NCBI GenBank assembly: GCA_963741955.1
Contig: CAVUKB010000006.1
Coordinates: 224,001 to 288,000, forward strand
DNA length: 64,000 nucleotides
Source of the DNA: an uncultured Acidobacteriota bacterium
GTDB taxonomy: Bacteria; Acidobacteriota; Thermoanaerobaculia; Gp7-AA8
Direction: 5' to 3'
Below the pieces are notes generated by a model. That model saw nothing but the letters and a program-made list of their open reading frames with translations. It did not search any database and was not told the origin of the DNA. The translations under genes and the position numbers were made by a program. Positions within the stretch are counted from its first letter, which is position 1, and each line of letters starts with the position of its first letter. This document shows, piece after piece, positions 10,101 through 20,067 of this stretch.

Positions 10101-11214
10101 GCACGACTGCGGCGACTCGGGACTTCTCTTCATCCGCGGGTCGGAGCTCTGGCGGAGAGAGCATCGAGACGCGGTGGTCGCGCTCTTCACGCTGCGGGCG
10201 GAGCACCACCGGCTGCGCAGGCTCAACGAAACCTCATCGCAGCTGATTCGCGATTCGGTAGCTCCACTCTCCTCGCGAGAAGGGATCGTCGGCGAGTCGC
10301 CGGCGATCCGTGAGCTCCTTTCGCGTACCACCTCGCTCGCCCGGAGCGACATCGCGGTCTGCATCCTGGGGGAGTCGGGAACCGGAAAGGAGCTGGTCGC
10401 ACGTGCGATCCATCGCGGTTCCTCGCGGAGAAACCGTCCCTTCACCCCCGTCAACTGCGGCGCGCTTCCCGAGAACCTCGTCGAGAGTGAGCTGTTCGGC
10501 GCGGCGAAGGGAGCCTTCACCGGCGCGGATCGCGACCGGCAGGGCCTGATCGAGGTCACGGATGGAGGAGCTCTTTTTCTCGATGAGGTGGGCGAGCTCC
10601 CCCTCCCTGCCCAGGCGAAGCTCCTCCGCTTTCTGCAGGAGGGAGAGTACCGGCGCGTCGGCGAGACCGAGGTGCGGCATGCCGACGTCCGGATCATCGC
10701 GGCGACCAACCGGATCCTCGAGCAGCAGGTCGACTCGGGTCAATTCCGCGAAGATCTCTACTACCGGATCCGGGGCGTCGAGCTTCCGGTCCCTCCGCTC
10801 CGCGAGCGCGGAGGAGACATCATGCTTCTGGCGCGGTCGTTCCTCGCTGCGGAATGCGAGAAGCAGCATCGCGGACCGGCGCGGTTTTCCAGCGAGGTCG
10901 AGTCGGTCTTCATCGCGTTCGCCTGGCCGGGAAATGTACGCGAACTTCAAGGTGTGGTTCGCTCGGCACACACTCTCGCGGGCGAGTCGGCCCAGATCGA
11001 GCTCGAACATCTCCCGGAGCGGATGCGGAGCGCGATCGTCACGCAGCGTCCGCGGGGCACGTTCTACGACGAGGTGAACCGCTACCGCCGTCATCTCATC
11101 GAACGGTCGCTCCTCGAGGCGAACGGAAATCAGAGCCGTGCCGCGCGTCTTCTCGGCATGTCGCGCCAGGCCCTCGCTTACCAGATCCGCGAGCTGGGGA
11201 TCATGGTCAAGTAG
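7156..11214 (+). CDS. Large sigma-54-dependent transcriptional activator (bEBP, AAA+ plus Fis-type HTH)
   Basis: GESGTGKE Walker A, ESELFG, GAFTGA, LFLDEVGE, QAKLLRFLQ, FREDLYYR, WPGNVREL, C-terminal GNQSRAARLLG. About 1030-aa helical N-terminus. Confidence 0.93.
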   Translation: MAMRQPSGRNKRAATRISIREFGWSPWTIASLRHPTLPWFESRQCEIEIEGTPLSELRRFPARDALSLLGQYTAHQSFLRFASIDDGSFDPVEWMVVHRRGQDCRLVRIRSTPSVGSAPPRISLIEEFAGFVGIDDLETARQSWARPAQVYRELYQRLRHGAASDLRWVYAAAAGAIHSPGATLVEALFGDEPISFATTEPNAIETLRFAGDLARTELPLFVIGGAASSPIRRCSALSDLERAIGSMEGSDESEIAERFLETTARGAIVILDSPETHDRASRTVTRLLGQAPSRLRWIVPSGERELFAGARFENPSETRPFLLSPRLQPYRRFLETSALLDPAERIAWVESAVQSEQLSRYLDDGVIPDRSADRTIASIGEPIRSYLAALALLGDSTETSFARHFLDDLGCRIPVEELMIPGVLEKEGSALSFRNPAVRERLVAGIPADSLLALARLAAETLSDALPPRAAASLFVLAGEPDRGLATLENEPRIGQSPESQLEELASFPPALIRGSAVLSERIARALIACGRYRDAREWIDALQDESKALLTALVFRRLGEYTAALDALSAVAAASLPTELLRIELLRLLGRYDDALAGVRKLDVANADRSLRTRAAYEAAVLAIDRHEAPAEEWLEENDREGEYWRLRYRSYRAAGNGDHTSAARFASEARASSPDLPTEIDATIDLLWSVFLAGDWESARHDARKALALVEETQGDRAAGAVLFYLAWLCADAGQPVEAGQKLERLRRFYLETKDERRLRELDLISAQIAFVAGRHDDARQLAAEVWNESLPDEIREAAALILDEIDGIDGPDGEIRSSGESLCLELRDRHAILVARRGGRGRPVLPFNRALADWEASWIAGGRFDPPAGATATERLKLLRSFAAMNRRRPDARLGEAMSALRTDMHVAVLPADAPTASESELLRILSMREFPFAPDALGPIEWRYASRNRLGRWSEIGSLPPLEQDALDELLLDLPPGWHDCGDSGLLFIRGSELWRREHRDAVVALFTLRAEHHRLRRLNETSSQLIRDSVAPLSSREGIVGESPAIRELLSRTTSLARSDIAVCILGESGTGKELVARAIHRGSSRRNRPFTPVNCGALPENLVESELFGAAKGAFTGADRDRQGLIEVTDGGALFLDEVGELPLPAQAKLLRFLQEGEYRRVGETEVRHADVRIIAATNRILEQQVDSGQFREDLYYRIRGVELPVPPLRERGGDIMLLARSFLAAECEKQHRGPARFSSEVESVFIAFAWPGNVRELQGVVRSAHTLAGESAQIELEHLPERMRSAIVTQRPRGTFYDEVNRYRRHLIERSLLEANGNQSRAARLLGMSRQALAYQIRELGIMVK

Positions 11215-11268
11215 ACGTCGATGGTCGCGCGTCCGCCCCGGCGGCGAATCCTCGACCGATCGGTTGCT

Positions 11269-11745
11269 TCACACCCTCGCGAACGACCGCGTCAGTTCCA
11301 TCACCTTCGGCTGCACCACACGGCGATAATCATCGAACGCCATCTTGATCAGTTCCGTGTGCGAGCCGGCATTGAACGCGATCTGCTCGTCCTCGGTGAG
11401 CGTCGTGTCGACGAGGACATCCATGTCATACAGATTGCCGAACGGCGGCATCGCTCCCGGCTCGATCTCGGGAAAGAGGCGCTGGAACGCGTCCTCCGAT
11501 GCGAGCGTCACCGAACGGGCGCCGAGTCGCTCTCCGATCTGGTCGAGGTCGAGCCGCTTCGAGGCCGGAACGACCGCCATCACGATCCGGTCGTCGACCT
11601 GGATCATCACCGTCTTCGCGAGATCCTTCCCCTTGATGTGTGCACTCGCGGCGATCTCCTGTGCCGTGAATGCGGGTGAGTGCGAGATCGTCACGTATCG
11701 GATTCCCGCACGGTCGAGGTACTCTCTCACTTTACGCGCCGGCAT
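11269..11745 (-). CDS. YbaK/EbsC family aminoacyl-tRNA deacylase
   Basis: LAKTVMI, VVPASKRLDL, GAMPPFG, FNAGSH. Confidence 0.9.
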   Translation of the reverse strand: MPARKVREYLDRAGIRYVTISHSPAFTAQEIAASAHIKGKDLAKTVMIQVDDRIVMAVVPASKRLDLDQIGERLGARSVTLASEDAFQRLFPEIEPGAMPPFGNLYDMDVLVDTTLTEDEQIAFNAGSHTELIKMAFDDYRRVVQPKVMELTRSFARV

Positions 11746-11865
11746 GGTGCCCTCCGTTCTTCCGTGTTCCGTTCGCGGTTGTTCCTCTCCTCAGTAATTG
11801 GATAAGCTCTTTCTTACTTTCCGGCCATTCGGAGTTCGCATCGGCAGCTGGCATTCGGAGGTTCC

Positions 11866-12876
11866 ATGAATACCCAGATCCTCTTCAAGAGCCGTCCATC
11901 GGGAGAGCCGCACGAGCAGAACTTCCGCATCGTGCATCACGGAATCCCGACTCCGTCGCACGGGGAAGTCGTACGCCGGACGATCTACCTCTCGCTCGAT
12001 CCTTACGTACGAGGACGGATGAGCACCGCGAGCTCCTACGTGGAGCCGATGGAGTTCGGACAGGTGGTGGTGGGAGGAACGGTCAGCGAAGTCATCGATT
12101 CGCAGAATCCCGACTTTCGCGAAGGCGACATCGTTCTCGGTGCCGACGGCTGGCAGACCTACGGCGTCTCGGATGGTTCGGATCTGCGGAAGATCGATCC
12201 TTCGAGCGGACCCATTTCGTGGGCGCTCGGTCTGCTCGGAATGCCCGGGCTCACCGCGTATGTCGCAGTCGACGAGATCGCGCAGGCGAAGGAAGGCGAG
12301 ACGATCGTCGTGACGTCGGCTGCCGGAGCGGTCGGTTCCGTCGCTGTGCAGATCGCGAAGATCCGTGGATGCCGGGTGGTCGGCTTCGCCGGCACCGATG
12401 CCAAGTGTTCATGGGTTCAGAAGGAGCTCGGGGCGAACGACTGCATCAACTACAAGACTGCGGCGCTCGGCTCTGCTCTCGCCGCTGCCACCCCCGACGG
12501 GATCGATGCCGACATCGAGAACGTCGGTGGTGCCGTCTTCGAAGGAATTCTCCAGAGGATCAACCGCGGCGCGCGGATCGCGCTGGTCGGGCTGATCGCC
12601 CACTACAACGACCGGAAGCCGCAGCCTGGTCCGAGTCTCCGTCGCATTCTCAGCCAGCGCGCGACGATTCGCGGCATGATCGTCAGCGATCACTACGATC
12701 GCTTTCCCGAGTTTCTCCGCGACATGAGGAAGTGGATCGAAGAAGGGAAGATGAAGGCGCGCGAGCACGTGGTGGAAGGCCTCGAGAACGCTCCGGGTGC
12801 GTTCCTCGGTCTCTTCCACGGTGAGAACTTCGGAAAGCTCCTGGTGAAGGTCTCCGACGATCCGACGCAAAGGTGA
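11866..12876 (+). CDS. NADP-dependent oxidoreductase (CurA/YncB, PTGR-like)
   Basis: YLSLDPYVRGRM, LGMPGLTAY, AAGAVGS, ENVGG, GLENAPGAF, GENFGKL. Confidence 0.92.
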   Translation: MNTQILFKSRPSGEPHEQNFRIVHHGIPTPSHGEVVRRTIYLSLDPYVRGRMSTASSYVEPMEFGQVVVGGTVSEVIDSQNPDFREGDIVLGADGWQTYGVSDGSDLRKIDPSSGPISWALGLLGMPGLTAYVAVDEIAQAKEGETIVVTSAAGAVGSVAVQIAKIRGCRVVGFAGTDAKCSWVQKELGANDCINYKTAALGSALAAATPDGIDADIENVGGAVFEGILQRINRGARIALVGLIAHYNDRKPQPGPSLRRILSQRATIRGMIVSDHYDRFPEFLRDMRKWIEEGKMKAREHVVEGLENAPGAFLGLFHGENFGKLLVKVSDDPTQR

Positions 12877-15203
12877 GCGGCGAGCGGCGAGCGACGAGCG
12901 ACGAGCGACGAGCGTGGGTTCCGGCCGAGGGGTGCGGATCCTCTGATCCGCCGCGAAGATTACGGCGCATGCGCGACAGCAGCATCACCCGCGTCGGAGG
13001 CAGAAGCGAAGCTGACTGGCGGAATCACCGACGCTCCGCGGAAGCCATAGCCTTCGTCTTCTTCGCGTACAACACGACTCTCGCGGCGGATCGGAGGATC
13101 CGCACCCCTCGGGGACGAGCGACGAGCGACGAGCGACGAGCGACGAGCGTGGGTTCCGGCCGAGGGGTGCGGATCCTCTGATCCGCCGCGCCGATTACGG
13201 CGCATGCGTGACCGCAGCATCACCCGCGGCTTCGGCAGAAGCGAAGCTGACTGACGGAATCACCGACGCTCCGCGGAAGCCATAGCCTTCGTCTTCTTCG
13301 CGTACAACACGACTCTCGCGGCGGATCGGAGGATCCGCACCCCTCGGGGACGAGCGACGAGCGACGAGCGGCGAGCGACGAGCGTGCGTTCCGGCCGAGG
13401 GGTGCGGATCCTCTGATCCGCCGCGCCGATTACGGCGCATGCGCGACAGCAGCATCACCCGCGTCGGAGGCAGAAGCGAATCTGACTGGCGGAATCACCG
13501 ACGCTCCGCGGAAGCCATAGCCTTCGTCTTCTTCGCGTACAACACGACTCTCGCGGCGGATCGGAGGATCCGCACCCCTCGGGGACGAGCGACGAGCGAC
13601 GAGCGGCGAGCGACGAGCGTGCGTTCCGGCCGAGGGGTGCGGATCCTCTGATCCGCCGCGCCGATTACGGCGCATGCGCGACAGCAGCATCACCCGCGTC
13701 GGAGGCAGAAGCGAAGCTGACTGACGGAATCACCGACGCTCCGCGGAAGCCATAGCCTTCGTCTTCTTCGCGTACAACACGACTCTCGCGGCGGATCGGA
13801 GGATCCGCACCCCTCGGGTACGCGAGGGACGAGCGGCGAGCGACGAGCGACGAGCGTGCGTTCCGGCCGAGGGGTGCGGATCCTCTGATCCGCCGCGAAG
13901 ATTACGGCGCATGCGCGACAGCAGCATCACCCGCGTCGGAGGCAGAAGCGAAGCTGACTGACGGAATCACCGACGCTCCGCGGAAGCCATAGCCTTCGTC
14001 TTCTTCGCGTACAACACGACTCTCGCGGCGGATCGGAGGATCCGCCGCGAAGATTACGGCGCATGCGCGACAGCAGCATCACCCGCGTCGGAGGCAGAAG
14101 CGAAGCTGACTGGCGGAATCACCGACGCTCCGCGGAAGCCATAGCCTTCGTCTTCTTCGCGTACAACACGACTCTCGCGGCGGATCGGAGGATCCGCACC
14201 CCTCGGGGACGAGCGACGAGCGACGAGCGGCGAGCGGCGAGAGTGCATTCCGGCCGAGGGGTGCGGATCCTCTGATCCGCCGCGCCGATTACGGCGCATG
14301 CGTGACCGCAGCATCACCCGCGGCTTCGGCAGAAGCGAAGCTGACTGACGGAATCACCGACGCTCCGCGGAAGCCATAGCCTTCGTCTTCTTCGCGTACA
14401 ACACGACTCTCGCGGCGGATCGGAGGATCCGCACCCCTCGGGGACGAGCGACGAGCGACGAGCGGCGAGAGTGCATTCCGGCCGAGGGGTGCGGATCCTC
14501 TGATCCGCCGCGCCGATTACGGCGCATGCGTGACCGCAGCATCACCCGCGGCTTCGACAGAAGCGAAGCTGACTGACGGAATCACCGGCGCTCCGCGGAA
14601 GCCATAGCCTTCGTCTTCTTCGCGTACAACACGACTCTCGCGGCGGATCGGAGGATCCGCCGCGCCGATTACGGCGCATGCGTGACCGCAGCATCACCCG
14701 CGGCTTCGGCAGAAGCGAAGCTGACTGGCGGAATCACCGACGCTCCGCGGAAGCCATAGCCTTCGTCTTCTTCGCGTACAACACGATCTTCGCGGCGGAT
14801 CGGAGGATCCGCACCCCTCGGGGACGAGCGACGAGCGACGAGCGGCGAGCGGCGAGAGTGCGTTCCCGCCGAGGGGTGCGGATCCTCTGATCCGCCGCGC
14901 CGATTACGGCGCATGCGTGACCGCAGCATCACCCGTGTCGGAGGCAGAAGCGAAGCTGACTGACGGAATCACCGACGCTCCGCGGAAGCCATAGCCTTCG
15001 TCTTCTTCGCGTACAACACGACTCTCGCGGCGGATCGGAGGATCCGCACCCCTCGGGGACGCGAGGGACGAGCGACGAGCGGCGAGCGGCGAGCGGCGAG
15101 CGTGCGTTCCGGCCGAGGGGAGCGGATCCTCTGATCCGCCGCGCCGATCACGGCGCATGCGCGACAGCAGCATCACCCGCGTCAGAGGCAGAAGCGAAGC
15201 TGA
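12875..15203. repeat. Tandem array of 10 full and 1 partial units: REP-like hairpin / about 125-bp core / inverted REP / GAGCGAC heptamer linker (BIME/REPIN-like)
   Basis: Core start GAT(T/C)ACGG at 12958, 13193, 13428, 13663, 13900, 14052, 14287, 14515, 14667, 14902 and 15146. Flanks CCGAGGGGTGCGGATCCTCTGATCCGCCGCG and CGCGGCGGATCGGAGGATCCGCACCCCTCGG are 31-bp inverted repeats with 1 mismatch. Confidence 0.95.
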
Positions 15204-15217
15204 GAAGAACGCTGACG

Positions 15218-15583
15218 TCAGCTCTCCGAAACCTTTCCGGTTTCGTCGAGGAAGCTGTCGACCGCCTGATCTTCGTCCTCATGCACTTCGAAGAGAGGAA
15301 GGAGCATGGTCAGTCGGAGTGATTTCCGAACGCGCTCCTGCGGTCGAAGCAGCTTCACCTTCGCGCCTTCCCGCTGCGCGATCTTGTAACTCTGAACCAG
15401 ATCGCCGAGTCCGTTGCTGTCGACGTAATCGACCCCGGCGAGATTGATGAGCAGATTCGTGTGGCCCGCGGCGATCGCCTTCTCCACCATCGACGAGATG
15501 ACCCCTTCCGAAACGCCGACGACGAGACTCCCGCTGTAATCGATGATGGCAACGTCTCCGCGAGTTCTGAGCTTCATTTCCAT
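15218..15583 (-). CDS. STAS domain anti-sigma factor antagonist
   Basis: LLINLAGVDYVDSNGLGDLV (DSxG phospho-site), VKLLRPQERV. Start MEMKLR at 15583. Confidence 0.9.
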   Translation of the reverse strand: MEMKLRTRGDVAIIDYSGSLVVGVSEGVISSMVEKAIAAGHTNLLINLAGVDYVDSNGLGDLVQSYKIAQREGAKVKLLRPQERVRKSLRLTMLLPLFEVHEDEDQAVDSFLDETGKVSES

Positions 15584-15834
15584 GGTCGCGCGATGATACC
15601 GGATTTCTTCGCGGGATCGATGGAGTGAGACCGATCGCACTCGATGAGCGCACCCCGCACGCAAGGTGAGCGAAGTGAGCCGGCAGATCGTTCTCACGGC
15701 TTCTCCTGCGGGCTCCGAATTCAGGCCCGGAGCGGTACCGCCCTCTCTTCGAAACGGAGAGCCGGGCGCGGCCGGAGCGCCGGTGCCGGCGCCCTTCCAG
15801 ACCCGGAATGCGGCCCCCCTCCCCTCTGTTGATC

Positions 15835-15858
15835 AATTCGTACCAAGATGGTACTGTT
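15835..15858. promoter_or_regulatory. Inverted repeat GTACCA-AGA-TGGTAC upstream of rrf2-suf, probable Rrf2 operator
   Basis: Perfect 6-3-6 palindrome at 15840-15854, about 45 bp before the rrf2 ATG. Confidence 0.55.
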
Positions 15859-15897
15859 TCTGCCCCTGCCACGCAGGGCGATGAAAGTGACGGTTCG

Positions 15898-16383
15898 ATG
15901 CTGAAGATCTCGCGCCTTTCCGATTACGGACTCCTGGCGGTCGTCTATCTCGCGCGTCATGCGGGAGACGTCATTTCGGCTCGCGAGATCTCCGCCTTTT
16001 ACGCCCTCCCGCTGCCCGCGATTTCGAAGGTGATGAAAGTGATGCACGAGGCGGGGCTGATCCAGTCGCAGCGGGGACCGAACGGCGGCTACTGGTTCGA
16101 AGGCGATGCCGACGGGATCTCTCTCGGCCAGCTTCTGGAGGTTCTGGAAGGGCCGTGGGAGCTGTTCGACTGCGAGACGAATGATCCTGCGGGACATGCG
16201 ATCTGTGGAATCAGATCGGCATGTCCTTCGAGATCTTTCATGTTCGGAATCAATCGTGCGATCAAGAACGGATTCGAGCGGATCTCTCTCGGAGATCTCG
16301 CGCGCGGCGTCGATCCGGCGGCATGGGACGGCGGCAAAGCAGCGCTCGACGAGACCGCGGGAAACGCAGGGGAGCTTCAGTAG
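15898..16383 (+). CDS. Rrf2 family (IscR-like) regulator of the suf operon
   Basis: MLKISRLSDYG, SQRGPNGGY, LEVLEG and three Cys (CETNDPAGHAICGIRSAC). Confidence 0.9.
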   Translation: MLKISRLSDYGLLAVVYLARHAGDVISAREISAFYALPLPAISKVMKVMHEAGLIQSQRGPNGGYWFEGDADGISLGQLLEVLEGPWELFDCETNDPAGHAICGIRSACPSRSFMFGINRAIKNGFERISLGDLARGVDPAAWDGGKAALDETAGNAGELQ

Positions 16384-16386
16384 ACC

Positions 16387-17823
16387 ATGAGCAATTACGA
16401 GATCGAACAATTCGCAAAGCAGGAATACAAGTACGGCTTCACGACCGAGATCGATTCCGACGTCGTGGCGCCCGGTCTGAGCGAAGACGTGATCCGTCTC
16501 ATTTCGGCGAAGAAGAACGAACCGCAATTCATGCTGGAGTGGCGGCTGAAGGCGTTCCGGCAGTGGCAGACCATGCAGGAGCCGCACTGGGCGAAGGTGA
16601 ACTTTCCGCCGGTCGACTACCAGAAGATCAGCTACTACTCGGCTCCGAAGAAAAAGAAGCAGCTCAACAGCCTCGATGAAGTCGACCAGGAGCTGCTCGA
16701 CACGTTCAACAAACTCGGCATCTCGCTGCAGGAGCAGAAACGTCTCGCGGGAGTCGCGGTCGACGCGGTGTTCGACTCGGTCTCGGTGGCTACCACGTTC
16801 AAGGGAGAGCTGGCGAAGCTCGGAATCATCTTCTGCTCGTTCTCCGAGGCGGTGCAGAACCATCCGGAGCTGGTGCAGAAATATCTCGGGTCCGTGGTGC
16901 CGTACACCGACAACTTCTTCGCCGCACTGAATGCAGCGGTCTTCACCGACGGCTCGTTCTGCTACATCCCGAAGGGAGTCCGCTGTCCGATGGAGCTCTC
17001 GACGTACTTCCGCATCAACGCGGCGAACACGGGACAGTTCGAGCGGACGCTGATCGTCGCGGACGAAGGGGCGTACGTCAGCTACCTGGAGGGCTGCACC
17101 GCGCCGATGCGCGACGAGAATCAGCTCCACGCGGCGGTCGTCGAACTGGTTGCGCTCGATCACGCGCAGATCAAGTACTCCACGGTCCAGAACTGGTATC
17201 CCGGAGACCGTGAGGGAAAAGGTGGCATCTACAACTTCGTGACCAAGCGCGGAAAGGCACTGGCCAACGCGAAAATCTCATGGACCCAGGTCGAGACCGG
17301 CTCGGCGATCACGTGGAAATACCCCAGCTGCATCCTGCAGGGAGACAACTCGGTCGGTGAGTTCTACTCGGTCGCACTGACGAACAACTTCCAGCAGGCG
17401 GATACCGGCACCAAGATGATCCACATCGGGAAGAACACCCGGAGCACCATCGTCTCGAAGGGAATCTCGGCCGGCCGCGGACAGAATACCTACCGCGGAT
17501 CGGTGAAGATTCTGAAGAGTGCCGAAGGTGCACGCAACTATTCGCAGTGCGATTCACTCCTCCTCGGCGACAAGTGCGGAGCGCATACCTTTCCCTACAT
17601 CGAAGTGAGGAACTCCACTGCCCAGATGGAGCACGAGGCCTCTACTTCGAAGATCGGTGAGGACCAGCTCTTCTACTGCCAGCAGCGGGGGATCTCTCCG
17701 GAAGACGCCGTGTCGATGATCGTCAGCGGCTTCTGCAAGCAGGTTTTCCGCGAACTGCCGATGGAGTTCGCCGTCGAGGCCCAGAAGCTGCTCGGTGTGA
17801 GTCTCGAGGGAAGCGTCGGCTGA
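16387..17823 (+). CDS. sufB: Fe-S cluster assembly protein SufB
   Basis: [61 protein letters not shown]. Confidence 0.98.
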   Translation: MSNYEIEQFAKQEYKYGFTTEIDSDVVAPGLSEDVIRLISAKKNEPQFMLEWRLKAFRQWQTMQEPHWAKVNFPPVDYQKISYYSAPKKKKQLNSLDEVDQELLDTFNKLGISLQEQKRLAGVAVDAVFDSVSVATTFKGELAKLGIIFCSFSEAVQNHPELVQKYLGSVVPYTDNFFAALNAAVFTDGSFCYIPKGVRCPMELSTYFRINAANTGQFERTLIVADEGAYVSYLEGCTAPMRDENQLHAAVVELVALDHAQIKYSTVQNWYPGDREGKGGIYNFVTKRGKALANAKISWTQVETGSAITWKYPSCILQGDNSVGEFYSVALTNNFQQADTGTKMIHIGKNTRSTIVSKGISAGRGQNTYRGSVKILKSAEGARNYSQCDSLLLGDKCGAHTFPYIEVRNSTAQMEHEASTSKIGEDQLFYCQQRGISPEDAVSMIVSGFCKQVFRELPMEFAVEAQKLLGVSLEGSVG

Positions 17824-17939
17824 TTCAGGCCGGCCTCGAATCCCTTCGCCTCTCCGGAATCGGAACGCACCCACGACTCACCGCAGCGAGTCGACACGAA
17901 ACGAGAAACACGAGAAACGTCGGAAGGAAACGCAGTCGA

Positions 17940-18701
<762 letters not shown>

Positions 18702-18702
18702 G

Positions 18703-20067
18703 ATGGTGGAGAGCCGAAGGATGACCGAAACTCTGATCGAAACGGACCGGCGCGTGACTGCATTCGCGGAGCTTCTCGGGAAGCTCGAAACGCGAGATGC
18801 CCCGGCGATCCGCGCTTTCCGCGAACGGGCGATGGAGAACTTCGTCCGGCTCGGCTTCCCCTCCACGAAATCCGAGGAGTGGCGCTATACCAACGTACAG
18901 CCGGTCGCCCGGACCGACTTCCGCCTGCCGGATGGAAGGCGGGAAGCCGTATCGCGGGCAACGATCGCACCCGTCCTTCTCGGGGACGCCGCGTCCGCGG
19001 AGCTGGTCTTCGTCGACGGCCGTTTCGACCCGGAGCTCTCCAGCACGTCTCCGGCGAACGGCGTGGACGTGATGTTTCTCGCCGATCTCTTCGCGTCGCC
19101 GTCGGCTCTGCTCGACGAGTTTCTCGGTCGTGCCGCGGACCCGTCGACCCAGCCGTTCGTGGCTCTCAATGCCGCGCTGATGCGGGACGGTGCCGTGATT
19201 CGCATCCATCCCGGAGCCATCGTCGAGGAGCCACTTCACGTGGTGCACGTCATTACGACCGACGCTCGCGCACTTCCTCCGATGGTCAACAGCCGCGTCC
19301 TGGTGATCGCCGAACCGGGCTCGCAGGCCAGTATCGTGGAATCGTCCTGGAGCGCGGGGGGAGGACGGTCGTTCAGCAACGGCGTGACTGAAGTGTTCGC
19401 GCGCGCCGGTGCAGTCATCGACCATTACCGCGTGCAACGCGAGAGCGCTCAGGCCATCCATTTCAGTGCGCTCTTCATCCATGAGGACCGCGACGCCGCC
19501 GTCACGACTCGGGCGATGGACCTCGGCGGAGCGTTGGTGCGGAACGAAGTCTCCGTCCGTCTCGACGGTGAGGGGAGCAGTTGCTCGCTGGATGGACTCT
19601 CTCTGATCGACGGCTCCCGTCACGTCGACAACCAGACCCGCATCGACCATCTCCAGCCGCACACCACCAGCCAGGAGTACTACAAAGGGATCCTCGACGA
19701 CACTGCCCGCGGCGTTTTCGACGGGAGGGTCGTGGTCCATCCCGGAGCGCAGAAGACGAATGCGCGGCAGACGAACAAGAATCTTCTCCTCTCCCGCGAC
19801 GCGATCGTCGACACCAAGCCGACCCTCGAGATCTACGCCGACGACGTGAAGTGCAACCACGGTTCTACGGTGGGCCAGCTCGACGAAGACTCGATCTTCT
19901 ATCTCCGGTCACGAGGAATCTCGCTCGAGGAGTCCCGAAAGATCCTGACCTGGGCGTTCGCCAGCGAGATCGTGCAGCGGATCCGCCTGAAGACTCTGCG
20001 GGAGCAGCTCCAGAACCTCCTTCTGGAGCGGATGCCTCAGGGAACGAGCGAAGGAGCACTTTCATGA
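18703..20067 (+). CDS. sufD: Fe-S cluster assembly protein SufD
   Basis: EEWRYT, KPTLEIYADDVKCNHGSTVGQLD, FYLRSRGI. Alternative start 18721. Confidence 0.96.
   Translation: MVESRRMTETLIETDRRVTAFAELLGKLETRDAPAIRAFRERAMENFVRLGFPSTKSEEWRYTNVQPVARTDFRLPDGRREAVSRATIAPVLLGDAASAELVFVDGRFDPELSSTSPANGVDVMFLADLFASPSALLDEFLGRAADPSTQPFVALNAALMRDGAVIRIHPGAIVEEPLHVVHVITTDARALPPMVNSRVLVIAEPGSQASIVESSWSAGGGRSFSNGVTEVFARAGAVIDHYRVQRESAQAIHFSALFIHEDRDAAVTTRAMDLGGALVRNEVSVRLDGEGSSCSLDGLSLIDGSRHVDNQTRIDHLQPHTTSQEYYKGILDDTARGVFDGRVVVHPGAQKTNARQTNKNLLLSRDAIVDTKPTLEIYADDVKCNHGSTVGQLDEDSIFYLRSRGISLEESRKILTWAFASEIVQRIRLKTLREQLQNLLLERMPQGTSEGALS

Noticed and set aside
12875-15203. CRISPR or other guide array
   Set aside because: Units are near-identical over their whole length, there are no unique spacers, and there are no cas or other effector genes nearby.
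12683-15447. Repeated 60-100 aa ORFs inside the array (MMLLSRMRRN..., MRDSSITR...)
   Set aside because: They are translations of REP and heptamer DNA on both strands, with frames broken by linker length changes; no evidence of coding.
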